In this document: one piece after another, positions 12,721-27,600 of the stretch
Layout of the letters: every line of letters begins with the position of its first letter
Position numbering within the stretch: the first letter of the stretch is position 1
Assembly (NCBI RefSeq): GCF_006345805.1
Contig: NC_042997.1
Span: 14,322,001-14,386,000 of the forward strand
Reading direction: 5' to 3'
Source: Octopus sinensis
Taxonomy: Eukaryota
Length of the DNA stretch: 64,000 nucleotides
Position numbers and translations under genes: made by a program
Notes under the pieces: generated by a model
Databases searched by the model: none
What the model was told of the DNA's origin: nothing
What the model saw: only the letters and a program-made list of their open reading frames with translations

Positions 12721-12934
12721 CAGCTCATCAGTCACTATTTTGCTATGATCGCAATGGTCATAAATGAATAAATTGAAACAGCTTGTTGAAGTAAAGTTTA
12801 TACATGACGTATAAACAACTGATTGACCAATGTGGATGTTTTCGACCTTCTCTTCAAGATTTGACTGTTGTACATCAAATCTGTTTTCTATATCAGTTTC
12901 GCATTTCATAGTACAGAATGCAGAAAGTCGATAT
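12721..12934 (-). other. Candidate coding exon or piece of a decayed ORF (unidentified)
   Basis: TTGGTTTCTTTTGTAAG| acceptor, CTG|GTAAGT donor, 214 nt open in one frame (within ORF 12655-12951). Confidence 0.35.
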
Positions 12935-13076
12935 CTTACAAAAGAAACCAATTAGTATATTTATAGAGTGTTCATGCAGCTTTCCCATGATTTCATGAAA
13001 GCCATGGATTGATAGAGCATGTACTTATTTTTTATTGTTGTTTTTTTTTTTAATTATTCCTTCCGGATACTTATTC

Positions 13077-13108
<32 letters not shown>

Positions 13109-13624
13109 TATAATATATATATATATTATATATATATATATATATATAGTAGAAATATGTTATGAAAAGAAAATATGAAATACGCGTGGAAATGTAAGGG
13201 TAAAATATGAAAAATCAATGAAAATGCATATTGCAAATAGAAAAAGGCTATTTATGACAGGTAACGACAAATATATACATTTAGATTGACTGAGGTAGTA
13301 ATACGAGTCATAATTATGAGATGATTATAAGATGATAATAAAGTAAGAGAACAAAACGAACCAATGGTTTACGCAAAGCTATTTATTCATCGTTTGAACA
13401 ACACCGGTTAATACACGGTGTCAGGTCTAATAGTTGCTAGCATAACTTATTGTATATCATAAATCATGATTTCATAAATAACTTTACAATATATAAAATA
13501 TATTTAATACAGATGTCTATATGCGAAATCATATATTTTTCCTTTGCTATTGACATATAATTTTACATACTTATGATAAATCAAAATTATTTATTTTGTA
13601 TATCCAGAGATACACCTAGTTCAA

Positions 13625-13870
13625 TGATTATGCCAGTTAGCAGAACCCTTAGTACGCCGGAGAAAATGTTGAGTCATTTCGTTTGTCCCTGTGCTTTGAG
13701 CTCAAATTTCGTGTGTCTTATGCTCTGAGCTCAAATTTCGCCGACGTCGACTTTGTCTTTCATCCTTTTGGCATTGATAAAATAAGTACTAGTTAAGTAC
13801 TGGAGTCGATGTAATTGACTTCCCCGTCCCCTTGAAAACTGCTGGCCTTGTGCAAAAAATTAGAAACCAT
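13625..13870 (+). mobile_element. SINE B-related copy (diverged)
   Basis: GAGCTCAAATTTCGCCGACGTCGACTTTGTCTTTCATCC. Confidence 0.75.
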
Positions 13871-15219
13871 TACTATGATAATCATTTATTATTGACATTA
13901 TGTATTATGGTTGTAATCATCTAATTCACGTTTTAGTCCGGATTGTTTTACTATAGTCTTGGCAAGGAGCTTTTCTTTTTGCAAAGATGTTATCTTTCTG
14001 TCTCTTGTATACAGCATATAAGAAGCAAAGTTGCAGTTAATGATAGATCGTTGATATCAGCGTCGCTCATGGTCTTATGAAGCAAAATTCTTGACGCCGA
14101 GGACTTTTTTCTTTTTTACTTTTACAGTACCGTTTGAGATGTTCAGTGAAATCTCTCTATCTATCTATCTATCTATCTATCTATATATATATATATATAT
14201 ATATCTTGTTTTTCTTTTTTAAAAATATAGTGATAGAACGATGAGTAGAACGCATCACCCTTTTTAGCGTCTCTGAGACAGATAGCAGGAAGCAAGGAAT
14301 TTATCTTCAGACTTGAAGAACTCATCAGAATGTTTCTAACAAAGTGGACTCTACTAGAAGTACCCAAGACCAAGTAATGGTGTTCAAGTAAGCGACGGAT
14401 TAAGATTATCCCTTGAAAAAGTAAAAAACGAAAAAAAAAACAGGAGTGGTCCATCTGATAGAGCTGAGGACTCTTGCCAAACAAGTTGTGTAATGGAATC
14501 GAACCCGGAATCTTATAGTTGCATAATGAACATCGCGTATATGACACCGGGAAAATTGTAGAACATTTCCATACAAACATTCCCATTCCTTCATGTCCGT
14601 TGTTTGACGACAATACGCGCGCGTGTGTGTGTGCTTGTGTGTGTTTCTATCCAAACATACATACATACGTACGTACATATATACATACATATACGCATAC
14701 CTACATACATGCATATACACATACATGCATGTCGGTGCATGCGTGTGTATGCGAGTGTGTGTATGTATGTGTTAAATAAGGTTGGTGCACCATTTCCTTT
14801 CCTTCCAATTAATCAAATCGTCTGAGGTCACTGACTTGTCTACGAGGAAGGGTTGTAGTTTATGCTGCTTGTTAATTCCACTCACGTCATTTCCTTTTAT
14901 TGAGTGGAAAACAGCCCCTTCCGGTTCATCGGTTCAAACATTGTCATAAGCAAGTTTTTACCACTTTTCAATTTTAACGTCACCAAGTACCTCACATTAC
15001 GACGCCATCTCCCTTAATTTTTTTTTTACTTCCCTTTTTCTTAATGACACCAAGAAACCATTGGACAGATCAAACTTACCAAACATTTTATTAGTTTCAA
15101 ATGATTTTTATCATAAATTTGTTGTCGATGTTGTTGCGCATGTTTTAATCCCATACCAGCCCTGATCGATCAGATCTCTAAGACATTGAAGGCATGGTTA
15201 CTCCCTAGGTAAGAAGCTT

Positions 15220-15328
15220 TGGTAGGCCTGAGGCTATAGTAGAAGGCTCTTGCCCAAGGTGTCATTTAGTGGGACCAAACCCGGAACCACGAGGTTTGGA
15301 AGCAAGCTTCTTACCACACAGCCACTCA
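15220..15328 (-). mobile_element. SINE A 5' fragment
   Basis: reverse complement of the family A head. Confidence 0.75.
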
Positions 15329-15800
15329 CAAGGCTTTGATTGACTATTTTCAAAATAAAAAAAAGGCACTTGCCTAGTGGTTAGGATGTTGAGCTCATGA
15401 TTTTAAGCTCGCAGGTTCGATTCTTGGGCCGGACAGCGCGACTGAGCTGAAAATGAGAATCCAACCCAATACTGATACAGAGCTCACCCCCTCCAGTTGT
15501 CACTTCCATGTTCCATGATCAAAAGTGGCAAATCCAAGGGATTGACTATGCCTGTTCACGACTGCACAGGCACCTAAAACAATTAACGGAAGCACCACAC
15601 ATCTTACGAAATATCATACATCTTGCTAGGTCATACTCACTGGTGGGTTACAGCCGTGATTCATTTTCTTCATTACCAAAAACAATGTATTCTTGCAAGA
15701 AATATAGTCACAAAAGGGTTAAACTCGATACTTGAGATACTCTGCTATTTAAATTTGCAAAATACAAGGAATAATATTCACTATTATTACTTACCTCGCA

Positions 15801-16015
15801 AGGCGATGAGCTGACAGGATTGTTAGCACCCCGGACAAAATGTTTAGCGGTATTTCGTCCGTCTTTTCTTCTGAGTTCAAACTCCACTGAGGTCGACTTT
15901 ACCTCTCATCATTTCGAAGTCGATAAAATAAGTATCAGTTGAACACTGGGATCGATGTAATCGACGTACATCCCCTCCAGAATTGCTGGCCTTGTGGCAA
16001 AATTTGAAACCATTA
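15801..16015 (+). mobile_element. SINE B-related copy
   Basis: head, B-box and central domain. Confidence 0.8.
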
Positions 16016-16057
16016 TTATTTACACTTTTTTTTTTCAGAAAATATAAGGAATAGCAT

Positions 16058-16275
16058 TACTCTTTTACTTTTTTCAGTCAGTTGACTGCGGCCATGCTTC
16101 AGCACCACTTTTAGTCGAGCAAATCTACCCCAGGACTTATTCTTTGTAAGCCTAGTACTTATTCTATAGGTCTCTTTTGCCGAACCGCTAAGTTACGGGG
16201 ACGTAAACACACCAGCATCGGTTGTCAAGCGATGTTGGAGTGACAAACACAGACACACAAACACACACGTACATA

Positions 16276-16313
<38 letters not shown>

Positions 16314-16476
16314 CGACGGGTTTCTTTCAGTTTCCGTCTACCAAATCCACTCACAAGATTTTGGTCGGCCCGAGGCTATAGCAGAAGACACTTGCCCAAG
16401 GTGCCACGCAGTGGGAATGAACCCGGAACCATGTGGTTGGTAAGCAAGCTACTTATCACACAGCCACTCCTGCGCC
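16058..16476 (-). mobile_element. SINE A, full length
   Basis: complete reverse-complement match to 731-1222. Confidence 0.9.
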
Positions 16477-16649
16477 TAATTATTACTAAGCACATACTAC
16501 AGGGTACAACAGAAGTAACGCCCATTTGTATTTCAGTTTTCTGGTTTCTCATTGAGTTTCTTTTTTATTTCCTAGAACTTCTGCAGTTTTTTTTTCATTA
16601 GTTTATTAGACGTAGACGGAAATTGAAGAAAGCCCGTCGTATAGATAGG

Positions 16650-16693
<44 letters not shown>

Positions 16694-16694
<1 letters not shown>

Positions 16695-17088
16695 TAGCAG
16701 TATCGCCCGGCGTTGCTCGGGTTTGTAAGAGAAATAACTATATAAGCATTTTTAGAGAGTTATAGCCAAAAAATAGCAAAAAAATGCATTAAAAATTGAA
16801 AAAAAATTAAGGTAAATTTTTTTTAAATCGTTGACACATCGTAGATATTTTTAGAGAGTTACTTCCCTTATATAAAAGCGAAACAAATGCATTAAAATGG
16901 AAAAATATGATGGTAATTTTTTTTAAAATCGTAGACTCATCGTAGACGCGCGCTAATACCCAGAAGGGCTCGATATGAATCACGACTATAAGATACTCGC
17001 TTTTGGTTAAACTGCACCGCAAAATGTGGGAGTAATTACGAATGTAAATCGAAGGGGACAGACACACAACTTCACTCTTATATAAAGA
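16694..17088 (-). mobile_element. Non-autonomous Helitron (same family as 3584-3860)
   Basis: minus-strand A|TCTTTATATAAGAG start; CCCGAGCAACGCCGGG hairpin plus CTAG|T end. Confidence 0.85.
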
Positions 17089-17089
17089 T

Positions 17090-18052
<963 letters not shown>

Positions 18053-18116
18053 TGTATGTATGTATGTATGTATGTATGCATGTATGTATGTATGAATGTA
18101 TGTATGTTTGTATGTA

Positions 18117-18298
18117 TGTGTTGTTTGTGTCTGTGTTTGTCCCCCTACCATCGTCTGACAACCGATAATGGTGTGTTTACGTCCCCGTAACCTAGCGGTT
18201 CGGCAAAAAGAGACCGATAAAATAAGTACTGGGCTAACAAAGAATAAGTCCCGGGGTCGATTTATTCGACTAAAGGTGGTGCTGAAACAAGTGAAATA
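18117..18298 (+). mobile_element. SINE A 3' half
   Basis: family A consensus following a microsatellite. Confidence 0.85.
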
Positions 18299-18721
18299 CG
18301 TATGTGTATGGGCATGTGTGTGTGTGCTTGTGTGTGCGTGTTCAGTGTGTGTGTATGCATGTATCAATGTATTTACAAAAGTATGTATGCAGCATCGTGT
18401 GTAAATCCCCGAATGACAGCTGTATTAACATTACTATCCCACTGCCACTCCATATTTCTCCATTTCCCTGATATCACCCACACCCACTATGCCACCACAT
18501 TTCCCTCATACTAACACTCTTGCACCCTTCTTATTTTATCAAATAATAGCCCAACCCCACTCGGGGGCCCATTAGAGATCTTTATTGAAATCCAATTAGC
18601 CTATAATTGAGCTGGATGTTAGTTTAACATATATGCAAAGTTTTGTCAAGAGTTGTTCACTGGTATAGGGCAGCAAGATGGTAACAGATAGAAACTGTCA
18701 CTTATGTATAAGATATATATT

Positions 18722-18857
18722 CGACGGGCTTCTTTCAGTTACCGTCTACCAAATCCACCAACAAGGCTTTGATCGCCCTAAGGCGCCACGCAATGGGACT
18801 GAACCCGGAATTATGTGGTTGAGAAAAACTTTTTACCACACAGTCACATCTGCGCCT
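18722..18857 (-). mobile_element. SINE A 5' half with internal deletion
   Basis: reverse complement of the head. Confidence 0.75.
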
Positions 18858-19255
18858 ATATTCTTAAAAATAAAAGTCAACCTGACAGTAACAGCTGTAA
18901 CTCCTTTGATCACCATCCTGCTCAATCGGAGTTAACCCAGGGTTAAACAACAACAACGTTGCTGTTCCCATCGTCAAAACACTGTGGTGGTGGTGGTGCT
19001 AGGCACTGTAAAAATCCTAGACTTGAGGAGTGTTTTGTTTCATTAGTTAGTAATAGCGATCTCAAATCTCCTTATAAGTGTCGCTTGTAGAGAAATAGGG
19101 TTTCTACCAGGATGTCTACGCATCACGAAGAGGAAATTTTCAAGTAGTTCTCTTCTCTTCTCTTCTCTCTCCAACTCGACCACTCCTTGCCAAAATTGCC
19201 TATATGGCTTTTGAGAAGAAATAACATTTCAGTTCTTCTATGGCAACAACTAGAT

Positions 19256-19308
<53 letters not shown>

Positions 19309-20929
19309 TAGTAGTAGTAGTAGTAGTAGTTGCAGTAGCAGCAACAGGACAAGGGCATAATGTCAGCATCTAACTGATACTCTATTCTATCTATCTCTGA
19401 AACGATTAAGAGAAAAGTTGACCTCGGCAGGATTTGAACTCAGAATGCAAAGAGCCGAAAGAAATTGAGTTAAAGATTTGGTTCAACACAGTAACAAAGA
19501 AAAAAAAACAAAATAGTTTCATACTCATACAAACACATACACACATCTAAAGTGTGTGTGAGAGAGAGAGAGACAGAGACAGAGAGAAATAGATATATAT
19601 AGAGAGAGAGAGAAATTGAGGAAAAAAAAGAAAATGAAAGAGAATGAAATACAAAAAGTAGAGAGAGAGGGGGAGAAGGGGGGGAGTCTAAGCGTGAAAC
19701 ATTCAAAAGCAAACATAGTGCTTTCTTTGTAAGAGTTTGAAAAACCTACTCACGGAAAAATACCAACATCCTTGTTAATTAGAACTGGATAAAATAATTA
19801 GTATTGGATATAATACAAGGATACATTCATAACAGGCTCTTATGCCACTTCACTAGACAGAAATGAAGTTCATATGACAAATGGATGATATTTAACCTGA
19901 ATAACATTCTAGAAAGATTGTTTACAAAGAGTCTCAATGAGAAATAGATACATGCTGTTCCCAGAAGACTGAAAATAACTCACCAGCAAAACCGATATTC
20001 CTACATTCAGCCAGAATCACACAAACTTCGAATAGTTTCCTTGTATAAAAATATTTTTTTGTTGTTGTTTGTCCACTCTCCATTGGCTCTAGCATCGTGT
20101 AAGTTATTACATTTAATTATTACATTTTCCTCAAATCAAACACTTCACTGGATATTCAAGTTTGTTTCCACTCTCACAGTGCAGTCGACAAGCTGTTGGA
20201 ACACCACACACGTATACCCACTTCTACAACGAAGCAAAAATACTTCTCGGAAATATCTTCCTAACATAATCACATGGCCATAAGTATTTATTTTTAGTAG
20301 TGAGAGGCAAAATGTAGTCGATATAATTAGTGTTCCTCATAAAGATAAAGGCTAGCCTCACCCCTGGAGAAGTGGTGTCGTGAGAACTAAAATGGGCTAA
20401 GTAAATTTCCATGTTTAATAATATTAGAATAGTTTCTAACTTTAGAATCTTGTCAAACATCATGGCGAAAAAAGAAAGAAAAGCTATATAGATAAAACCC
20501 CTACCTTGCTCAAATCCCACCAAGGTTAACTTTGCCTTTCATCCTTAAGGAGTAAAAAAAATATCATACTAGTAGTCTAATGATTGAAACAAACAAAAGA
20601 TAAAAGATTGTGTTTAAGATCACGTAATTTAGGGTGCCCTTGCGTTCTTTTAAGACGATGGAGTGTGATTTGAGGAACATTTGAAAACTGCTTCCAAAGG
20701 GTCAATCGGCCACATAGAAGCTTCCTCTTAAGCTTGCTGGAATAGCGTACTGTCGGTAAAAGGATGCGAACTGGGCGAAAAGTGAAGGGGTAGTTTACAC
20801 ATTTTATTGTCATCACCGAAACGTTTGCCTTTATGCAGTGGTATAGCTAGGGTGTGTACCACCTGGGGTAGCCCTTTGGTTTGCTGCCTTCAAGCCTATA
20901 AGGCTTATACCATCATCAACCCCTGGGCA

Positions 20930-21133
20930 TTATTATCTCGAGTTCTAGGTCTCTTAAACCGGTTACCAGGTTTCCACTACATACAAGAGACCGAGATCGC
21001 AAGATTCCCCTTGAGTTAACTGGAGCAATGAAGTATTTTCTCAAGAATACAATGCACCGCTCAATCGGGGAATTGAAACCACGTTCTTGTGATCGTGAGT
21101 TCATCACCCTAACCACCAGGCTACGCGCCTTCA
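20930..21133 (-). mobile_element. Diverged SINE C-type head with a different tail
   Basis: minus strand GAAGGCGCGTAGCCTGGTGGTTAGGG..GTTTCAATTCCC. Confidence 0.6.
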
Positions 21134-21474
21134 CACACAGACTTCACAACAGACACCCCAAAAAGCATCGCCTGGGCGGACCACCCTCCTCGTTCCGCAC
21201 CTTATGTAATGTATCGGGAGGGAAGTCAACCTGGTACATCTCATCCTTCTTAAGACTAACGAATTTAACTGGAAACCGTAAGTTCGAGAAAAATACAAAA
21301 CGGAACACCTCGTCAGATTACCATCATATCATGAGTTATGTTGAAGAAAAGACGACAGAGCATCAACTCATCCGTTTGGCACATGTTGTGTCATTTGACA
21401 GGTCAAGTACCAGCTACAAAAACAATCAGTATTGTTATTTAGCGCCGTATCAACACTGACTGAGCCAACAAGAG

Positions 21475-21905
21475 GCGCAAGCAGGACTCTGTGGTTTAGA
21501 AGCTCGCGTTGCAACGACGTAGTTTTGAGTTCAGCCTCACAGCATAACGCTTTGAGCAAGTGCCTTCTATGTCAGCTTCTAGTCGACCAATGCCTTGTGA
21601 GTGAATCTAATAGAATGGAAACTGTATGGAAGCCCGTCGTGTATGTGTGTGTGTTTATGTTTGCATTGTGTTTGTCCTCCATCACCACCACCAACAATAA
21701 CACCACCACCACAACCGCTTGACCACCGAGGTTGAGATTTTTATTACACTTTCCGTAACTTGGCGGTTCGGCAAAGATATCAATAGAATAAGAACCAGAT
21801 TTGAAAGACTAGTATTTAGGGTGATTGCTTGACTCAACCTTTCATGGTGATGCCCCAGCATGGCCGCAGTTCAGCAACTGAAATAAGTAAAAGAAAAAAT
21901 TAAAA
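21475..21905 (+). mobile_element. SINE A, old diverged copy
   Basis: recognisable head, middle (CAATGCCTTGTGAGTGAAT) and tail. Confidence 0.75.
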
Positions 21906-22527
21906 GACGGAAGACAAAAGACATTCCGGCAGTAAGCAGACTACAAATCTATCTAAGATTACATTATCCTACATACATATGTCTCCTGCCAATTTTAAGA
22001 TAGGCTGTGGCTTGAGGGAGATTTGTGTGCTGTTTCTAGCAGGTTAAGCAGCCACGTAAACCTCCCACGGTGGTTCGTTGTTGTTGTAACTGCTGCTACA
22101 ACATATGTTCCTTTCTTTGTTCTCTGGTATTTTTGCACTCATCACGACACACCCTCAAGAGAACTGATCACTGTATGCAATATATGTTTGCCGCTCACAG
22201 CAGTGGACTTCTGTCTCCAAGCCCGAGGAAAGATTTGATGTTACTATAATGTTTATTCTCTTAGAAACTTTCTCGTAACACACCTTTCTATGAGAAGACA
22301 GATTCAAGGAAGCGTGACAGCCTTACGTGGTCGCTCAACCTACTAGGAATAGCACACAAATCTTCAAATCACACCCTAACCATCTTAAAAATGGCAAGAT
22401 ATATATATATATATCTAGGATAATGTAGTCCAAGATACAAAGACAGAATGCTCACAGTCGGAATGTCTTTGTCCATAGGTTTGCTTTTATTTTGTTGTAT
22501 TCAAGGAATAATGATAATTTTGATTTC

Positions 22528-22970
22528 AAATTTTGGCACAAGACCAACAATTTTGAGGAGTGGAACTTAGTTGGTAACATCGCCCCCAGTATTTGATTGA
22601 TACTTTATTTTATCATCCCGAAAGGATGAAAGGCAAGGTTGACCTCGGTGGGATTTGAATCCAGAATGTAAAGGGTCTGAATAAATGTAGCAAAGGATGT
22701 CTCCTGTTGCTCTAACGATTCTGCCAACACACCGACCGTCATTAGTATTTCTTTAGACACAACGCCAACAATTTTTAGTGAAAGGTTTAATCAACTCCGT
22801 CGATCTCAATACTTGATAGTTTTCTAGTCTATCGAGTCCGGAGAGATAAAAGTCAAAGCTGACTTCGGCGGAATTTTAAATCAGAACGTAAAAAAAAAAA
22901 AGAAATACCCCATAAGATTTTTTTTTTTTTGACACACTCAAAATTCTGCAGACTCGCCATCAATAATAAA
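22528..22970 (-). mobile_element. Two tandem diverged SINE B-related copies
   Basis: GATGAAAGGCAAGGTTGACCTCGG and AAAGCTGACTTCGGCGGAATT. Confidence 0.7.
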
Positions 22971-23787
22971 CTGCTGTTCTTCTCACAATTGTTTCTGTTT
23001 TTATTGATGTGCAGATCCAAATTATCTCAGGTCGAATTGACCTATGGTACCTGGTCAGCTGAATAACAAAATTTTATCCGCAGAAGCAATGCTCCAAATG
23101 TTCCCTGTCTCTGCCTAGCTCGGCCTACACAGTACATTCAGGCCACCTCCAAGTATTCAGGATCTACAGTGGAACGGTGTGATCATATTTTTTGTTTCAC
23201 TAACCTGTTTGAAATATTAGGCCTGATAATACTGCTATTCCATTGGTTACTTTAAAGGACAGGATCCGGTGTGTGATCACTCGACCAACTTGAAATAGCA
23301 AGCGAATTTCCCCTCAAATCATACCTTAAAACGGAAAGTGTATATTTAGTATTGAAGGCTCTCTAATCACATCTAAAATCTGCTTCAAAGCACACCCTAC
23401 TGTAATAGTAATAGAAAGAAAACATTCATTAATGCCACCCAAGGTAGCCATAGATACATAAAATATGGAATTATCACAGCCGTAATGATCATAGGTGTCT
23501 TGGATCAAAGTACCCTGACCTTAAATAACTATAATAGCAACGATAGTAACGTAGTGGTGTGAATATAGGTCTTAGAGTTTACCAAAATGCTCATATCTCT
23601 AGTGATATTATTGTTGCCCTCGTCGTCTAGCCTCAACCAAGCTCTGACTGAGCAGAGCTATGTTCAAAGGCAATTAAACTGTGACCATCATACATTTTTT
23701 CCCAAACATAGTTCATCTATAACTACATCGTCTTCCTCTTTTAATATGGCAAAGTGTGACGATTTAGCTACTACGTAGAGCTCCTGT

Positions 23788-24167
23788 GGAGGCGCAATGG
23801 CCCAGTGGTTAGGGCAGCGGACTCGCGGTCGTAGGATCGCGGTTTCGATTCCCAGACCGGGCGTTGTGAGTGTTTATTGAGCGAAAACACCTAAAGCTCC
23901 ACGAGGCTCCGGCAGGGATGGTGATGATCCCTGCTGTACTCTTTCACCACAACTTTCTCTCACTCTTACTTCCTGTTTCTGTTGTGCCTGTATTTCAAAG
24001 GGCCGGCCTTGTCACTCTCTGTGTCACGCTGAATATCCCCGAGAACTGCGTTAAGGGTACACGTGTCTGTGGAGTGCTCAGCCACTTACACGTTAATTTC
24101 ACGAGCAGGCTGTTCCGTTGATCGGATCAACCGGAACCCTCGTCATCGTAACCGACGGAGTGCTTCC
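23788..24167 (+). mobile_element. SINE family D, full length, 11-bp TSD
   Basis: tRNA-like head TGGCCCAGTGGTTAGG/GTTTCGATTCCC; 3' ~190 nt shared with family C; TSD AGAGCTCCTGT at 23777-23787 and 24168-24178. Confidence 0.92.
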
Positions 24168-24947
24168 AGAGCTCCTGTATTTTCATATTAACTACCAAGT
24201 AAACTGTTTGATTTATTCTTTTCGACTAGACTTTGTCTTCTCATTCAGCCCGGCATCGAAACAGCAATATTGCCAACACCAACTGTTGCCGGCCTTGCCA
24301 TTGTAATCATTATTGTGTCAAGTACTTGAGTCGATGTGACTGAAAAGCCTCCCCCAACTCCCTTCGAAATTGCTAGCTTTGTATTTAAATCAGAAACAAT
24401 TGTCGTTCTTGTTGTTGTTGTGATGGTGGTGAGACATGTGTCAGGCCTGATCGAGTTGACCACCGATTAAGGGCATTCCAATCGTGACCATCTTGTGCTT
24501 TCCTAAGTACAATGGACACAGGACCACATTATCCAACGTGACGATGATATACTGTGACCTAAGGTATATTTAGATACTACTTCTAACCGCTCGACTGACA
24601 ACGAAGGAAACCTCTCGTTAGCTCATTGAAATAACGCACGCAAAATATAGGCAAAGTCGACCTCGGCGGAATTTGAACTCAGGACGAAATACCACAAAAC
24701 ATTTCGCCCGGAGAGCTAACGTTTCCGCCAGCTCGCAGGTTTATTAAAATAATAACTTAATAATATAGTTATGACGTCAATAACATTTAAAAAAATCATA
24801 CTTAACATTTCAAATTCTTTATTCAGATGTATCAGGAATACTACTATGCTTATAAACTGTGAAACCCTTTATCCTATCATTTGCACTGGCGCGTGTTTAA
24901 AACAGGACCCCACCCTAAATATCTAAAATTGTAGCTTATTCGTGACG

Positions 24948-24996
<49 letters not shown>

Positions 24997-25538
24997 TAAA
25001 AAAACACACACACACATACACATAGACACACACACACTTTTTCTGCTGTAAGATACCAAGTGTCTGACAAAATAAACACACGCATTCATATACAAGTACA
25101 AATATGTAGCTATGTATATCTACATATATGTATCTATATATATATATATATATAACTGAGAATGTGTGTCTGTCTGTCTGTCTGTGTGAATGCCTAAAAC
25201 TTGACAACTACACTTCTTGCCTAGGGCAAGCCCATAGCAATATCATATCTTCTCCAATATGAATCCCTAAAACTTGAGAACTACACAACCAATTTCTTTC
25301 AAATTTTACACATGCCTTACTTAGGGGCCATGTAGTGTCATGGGCAAAAAACGTTTAACATCTTGCCTAGGGCGAGCCCACAGCAATATCACATCTTCTC
25401 CACTATTTCAGTATTACGTGTTAAAAGTGAAACGAAAGCATCTCTCTATTGTATGTATATGGATGTATATATATATATATATATACATCTATATATATGG
25501 ATGTATATATATGGATGTAATATATATATATAATATAT

Positions 25539-25572
<34 letters not shown>

Positions 25573-25670
25573 ATATATATATATATGGATGTATATATAT
25601 ATATATAATATATATATATGTCCACAGCTACCGGCCCACAGTCGACGCTATGGCGACCAGAGCTCGCTCT

Positions 25671-25890
25671 GGCGTAGGAGTGGCTGTGTGGTAAGTAGCT
25701 TGCTTACCAACCACGTGGTTCCGGGTTCAGTCCCACTGTGTGGGATCTTGGGCAAGTGTCTTCTACTATAGCCTCGGGTCGACCAAAGCCTTGTGAGTGG
25801 ATTTGGTAGACAGAAACTGAAAGAAACCCGTCTATATATGTATATAATATATATATATATATACACACACATATATATTATATATATATA

Positions 25891-25940
<50 letters not shown>

Positions 25941-26200
25941 GTGTGTGTGTGGTGTGTGTGTGTGTGTGTGTGTGCGTATGTGTATATGTTTGTGTGTCTG
26001 TGTTTGTACCCCCAACATCGCTTTACAATCGATGCTGGTGTGTTTACGTCCCCGTGACTTAGCGGTTCGGCGAAAGAGACCGATAGAATAAATACTAAGC
26101 TGACAAAGAATAAGTCCTGGGGTCGATTTGCTCGACTAAAGGCGGTGCTCCAGCATGGCCGCAGTGAAATGACGGAAACAAGTAAAACAGTGAAAGAGAA
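25671..26200 (+). mobile_element. SINE A, full length
   Basis: family A consensus with expanded internal microsatellite. Confidence 0.9.
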
Positions 26201-26241
26201 GTATAGAGAGAAAAAGAATAATACGTTAAAAATGATAGAAC

Positions 26242-26278
<37 letters not shown>

Positions 26279-26474
26279 TGTGTTTCATGTTGAAGTGTTT
26301 TAGAGGAACATTTTTATTATGATGGTTGATTTTTGACAACATAATTTCGAATCTTATTTTATTTTAATTATTTTCTATTTCTGAGCTATCGTGTTTAAAA
26401 GCCAAGAGCCTGAAATACCTGTGTATTGAAATGGATGTCGCCTATTTCATATAAAGCATCTCATATCTATAATA

Positions 26475-26746
26475 CAGTATCGTGCAAAAGTGTTCGGCCA
26501 CTTTAAACTGTTGTAAATTTTTACTAATTGCCAACTTTTAAGTGGATGTTTCACACTGCATTTTTTTACAGATGAAACATTGGCCCTGTCAGAGTCATTT
26601 CCATACCTAATCATTATATTTTTAGTAGGGGTTCTGAATGAGAGGGGATGCGAGACGATCTACAAAAATGTCCGTGCAACTTATAAGTTGGTAATTAGTA
26701 GAAATTTACAATAGTTAAAGTGGCCGAAGACTCTTGCATGGCTCTG
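26475..26746. mobile_element. Tc1/mariner-type MITE
   Basis: TA flanks; ~70-bp imperfect TIR CAGTATCGTGCAAAAGTGTTCGGCCACTT / AAGTGGCCGAAGACTCTTGCATGGCTCTG. Confidence 0.85.
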
Positions 26747-26789
26747 TATAGTGTATGCGTAGAATGTGTGCGCGCGCGTGTGTGTGTGT

Positions 26790-26825
<36 letters not shown>

Positions 26826-27089
26826 ATGTGTATATGTTTGTGTGTCTGTGTTTGTACCCCCAACATCGCTTTACAATCGATGCTGGTGTGTTTACGTCCC
26901 CGTGACTTAGCGGTTCGGCAAAAGAGACCGATAGAATAAATACTAAGCTGACAAAGAATAAGTCCTGGGGTCGATTTGCTCGACTAAAGGCGGTGCTCCA
27001 GCATGGCCGCAGTGAAATGACGGAAACAAGTAAAACAGTGAAAGAGAAGTATAGAGAGAAAAAGAATAATACGTTAAAAATGATAGAAC

Positions 27090-27132
<43 letters not shown>

Positions 27133-27328
27133 TGTGTTTCATGTTGAAGTGTTTTAGAGGAACATTTTTATTATGATGGTTGATTTTTGACAACATAATT
27201 TCGAATCTTATTTTATTTTAATTATTTTCTATTTCTGAGCTATCGTGTTTAAAAGCCAAGAGCCTGAAATACCTGTGTATTGAAATGGATGTCGCCTATT
27301 TCATATAAAGCATCTCATATCTATAATA

Positions 27329-27600
27329 CAGTATCGTGCAAAAGTGTTCGGCCACTTAAACTGTTGTAAATTTTTACTAATTGCCAACTTTTAAGTGGAT
27401 GTTTCACACTGCATTTTTTTACAGATGAAACATTGGCCCTGTCAGAGTCATTTCCATACCTAATCATTATATTTTTAGTAGGGGTTCTGAATGAGAGGGG
27501 ATGCGAGACGATCTACAAAAATGTCCGTGCAACTTATAAGTTGGTAATTAGTAGAAATTTACAATAGTTTAAAGTGGCCGAAGACTCTTGCATGGCTCTG
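27329..27600. mobile_element. Tc1/mariner-type MITE (duplicate copy)
   Basis: same as 26475-26746. Confidence 0.85.

Noticed and set aside
13947-14480. Possible Harbinger-like transposase start
   Set aside because: Multiple stops in all frames and no diagnostic motif.
14800-15010. CACGTCA/CTTCCGG motif cluster as a promoter
   Set aside because: Short motifs are expected by chance; no downstream gene supports it.
21150-21310. Minus-strand open frame DEVFRFVFFSNLRFPVKFVSLKKDEMYQVDFPP.. as an exon
   Set aside because: No convincing splice signals or recognisable domain.
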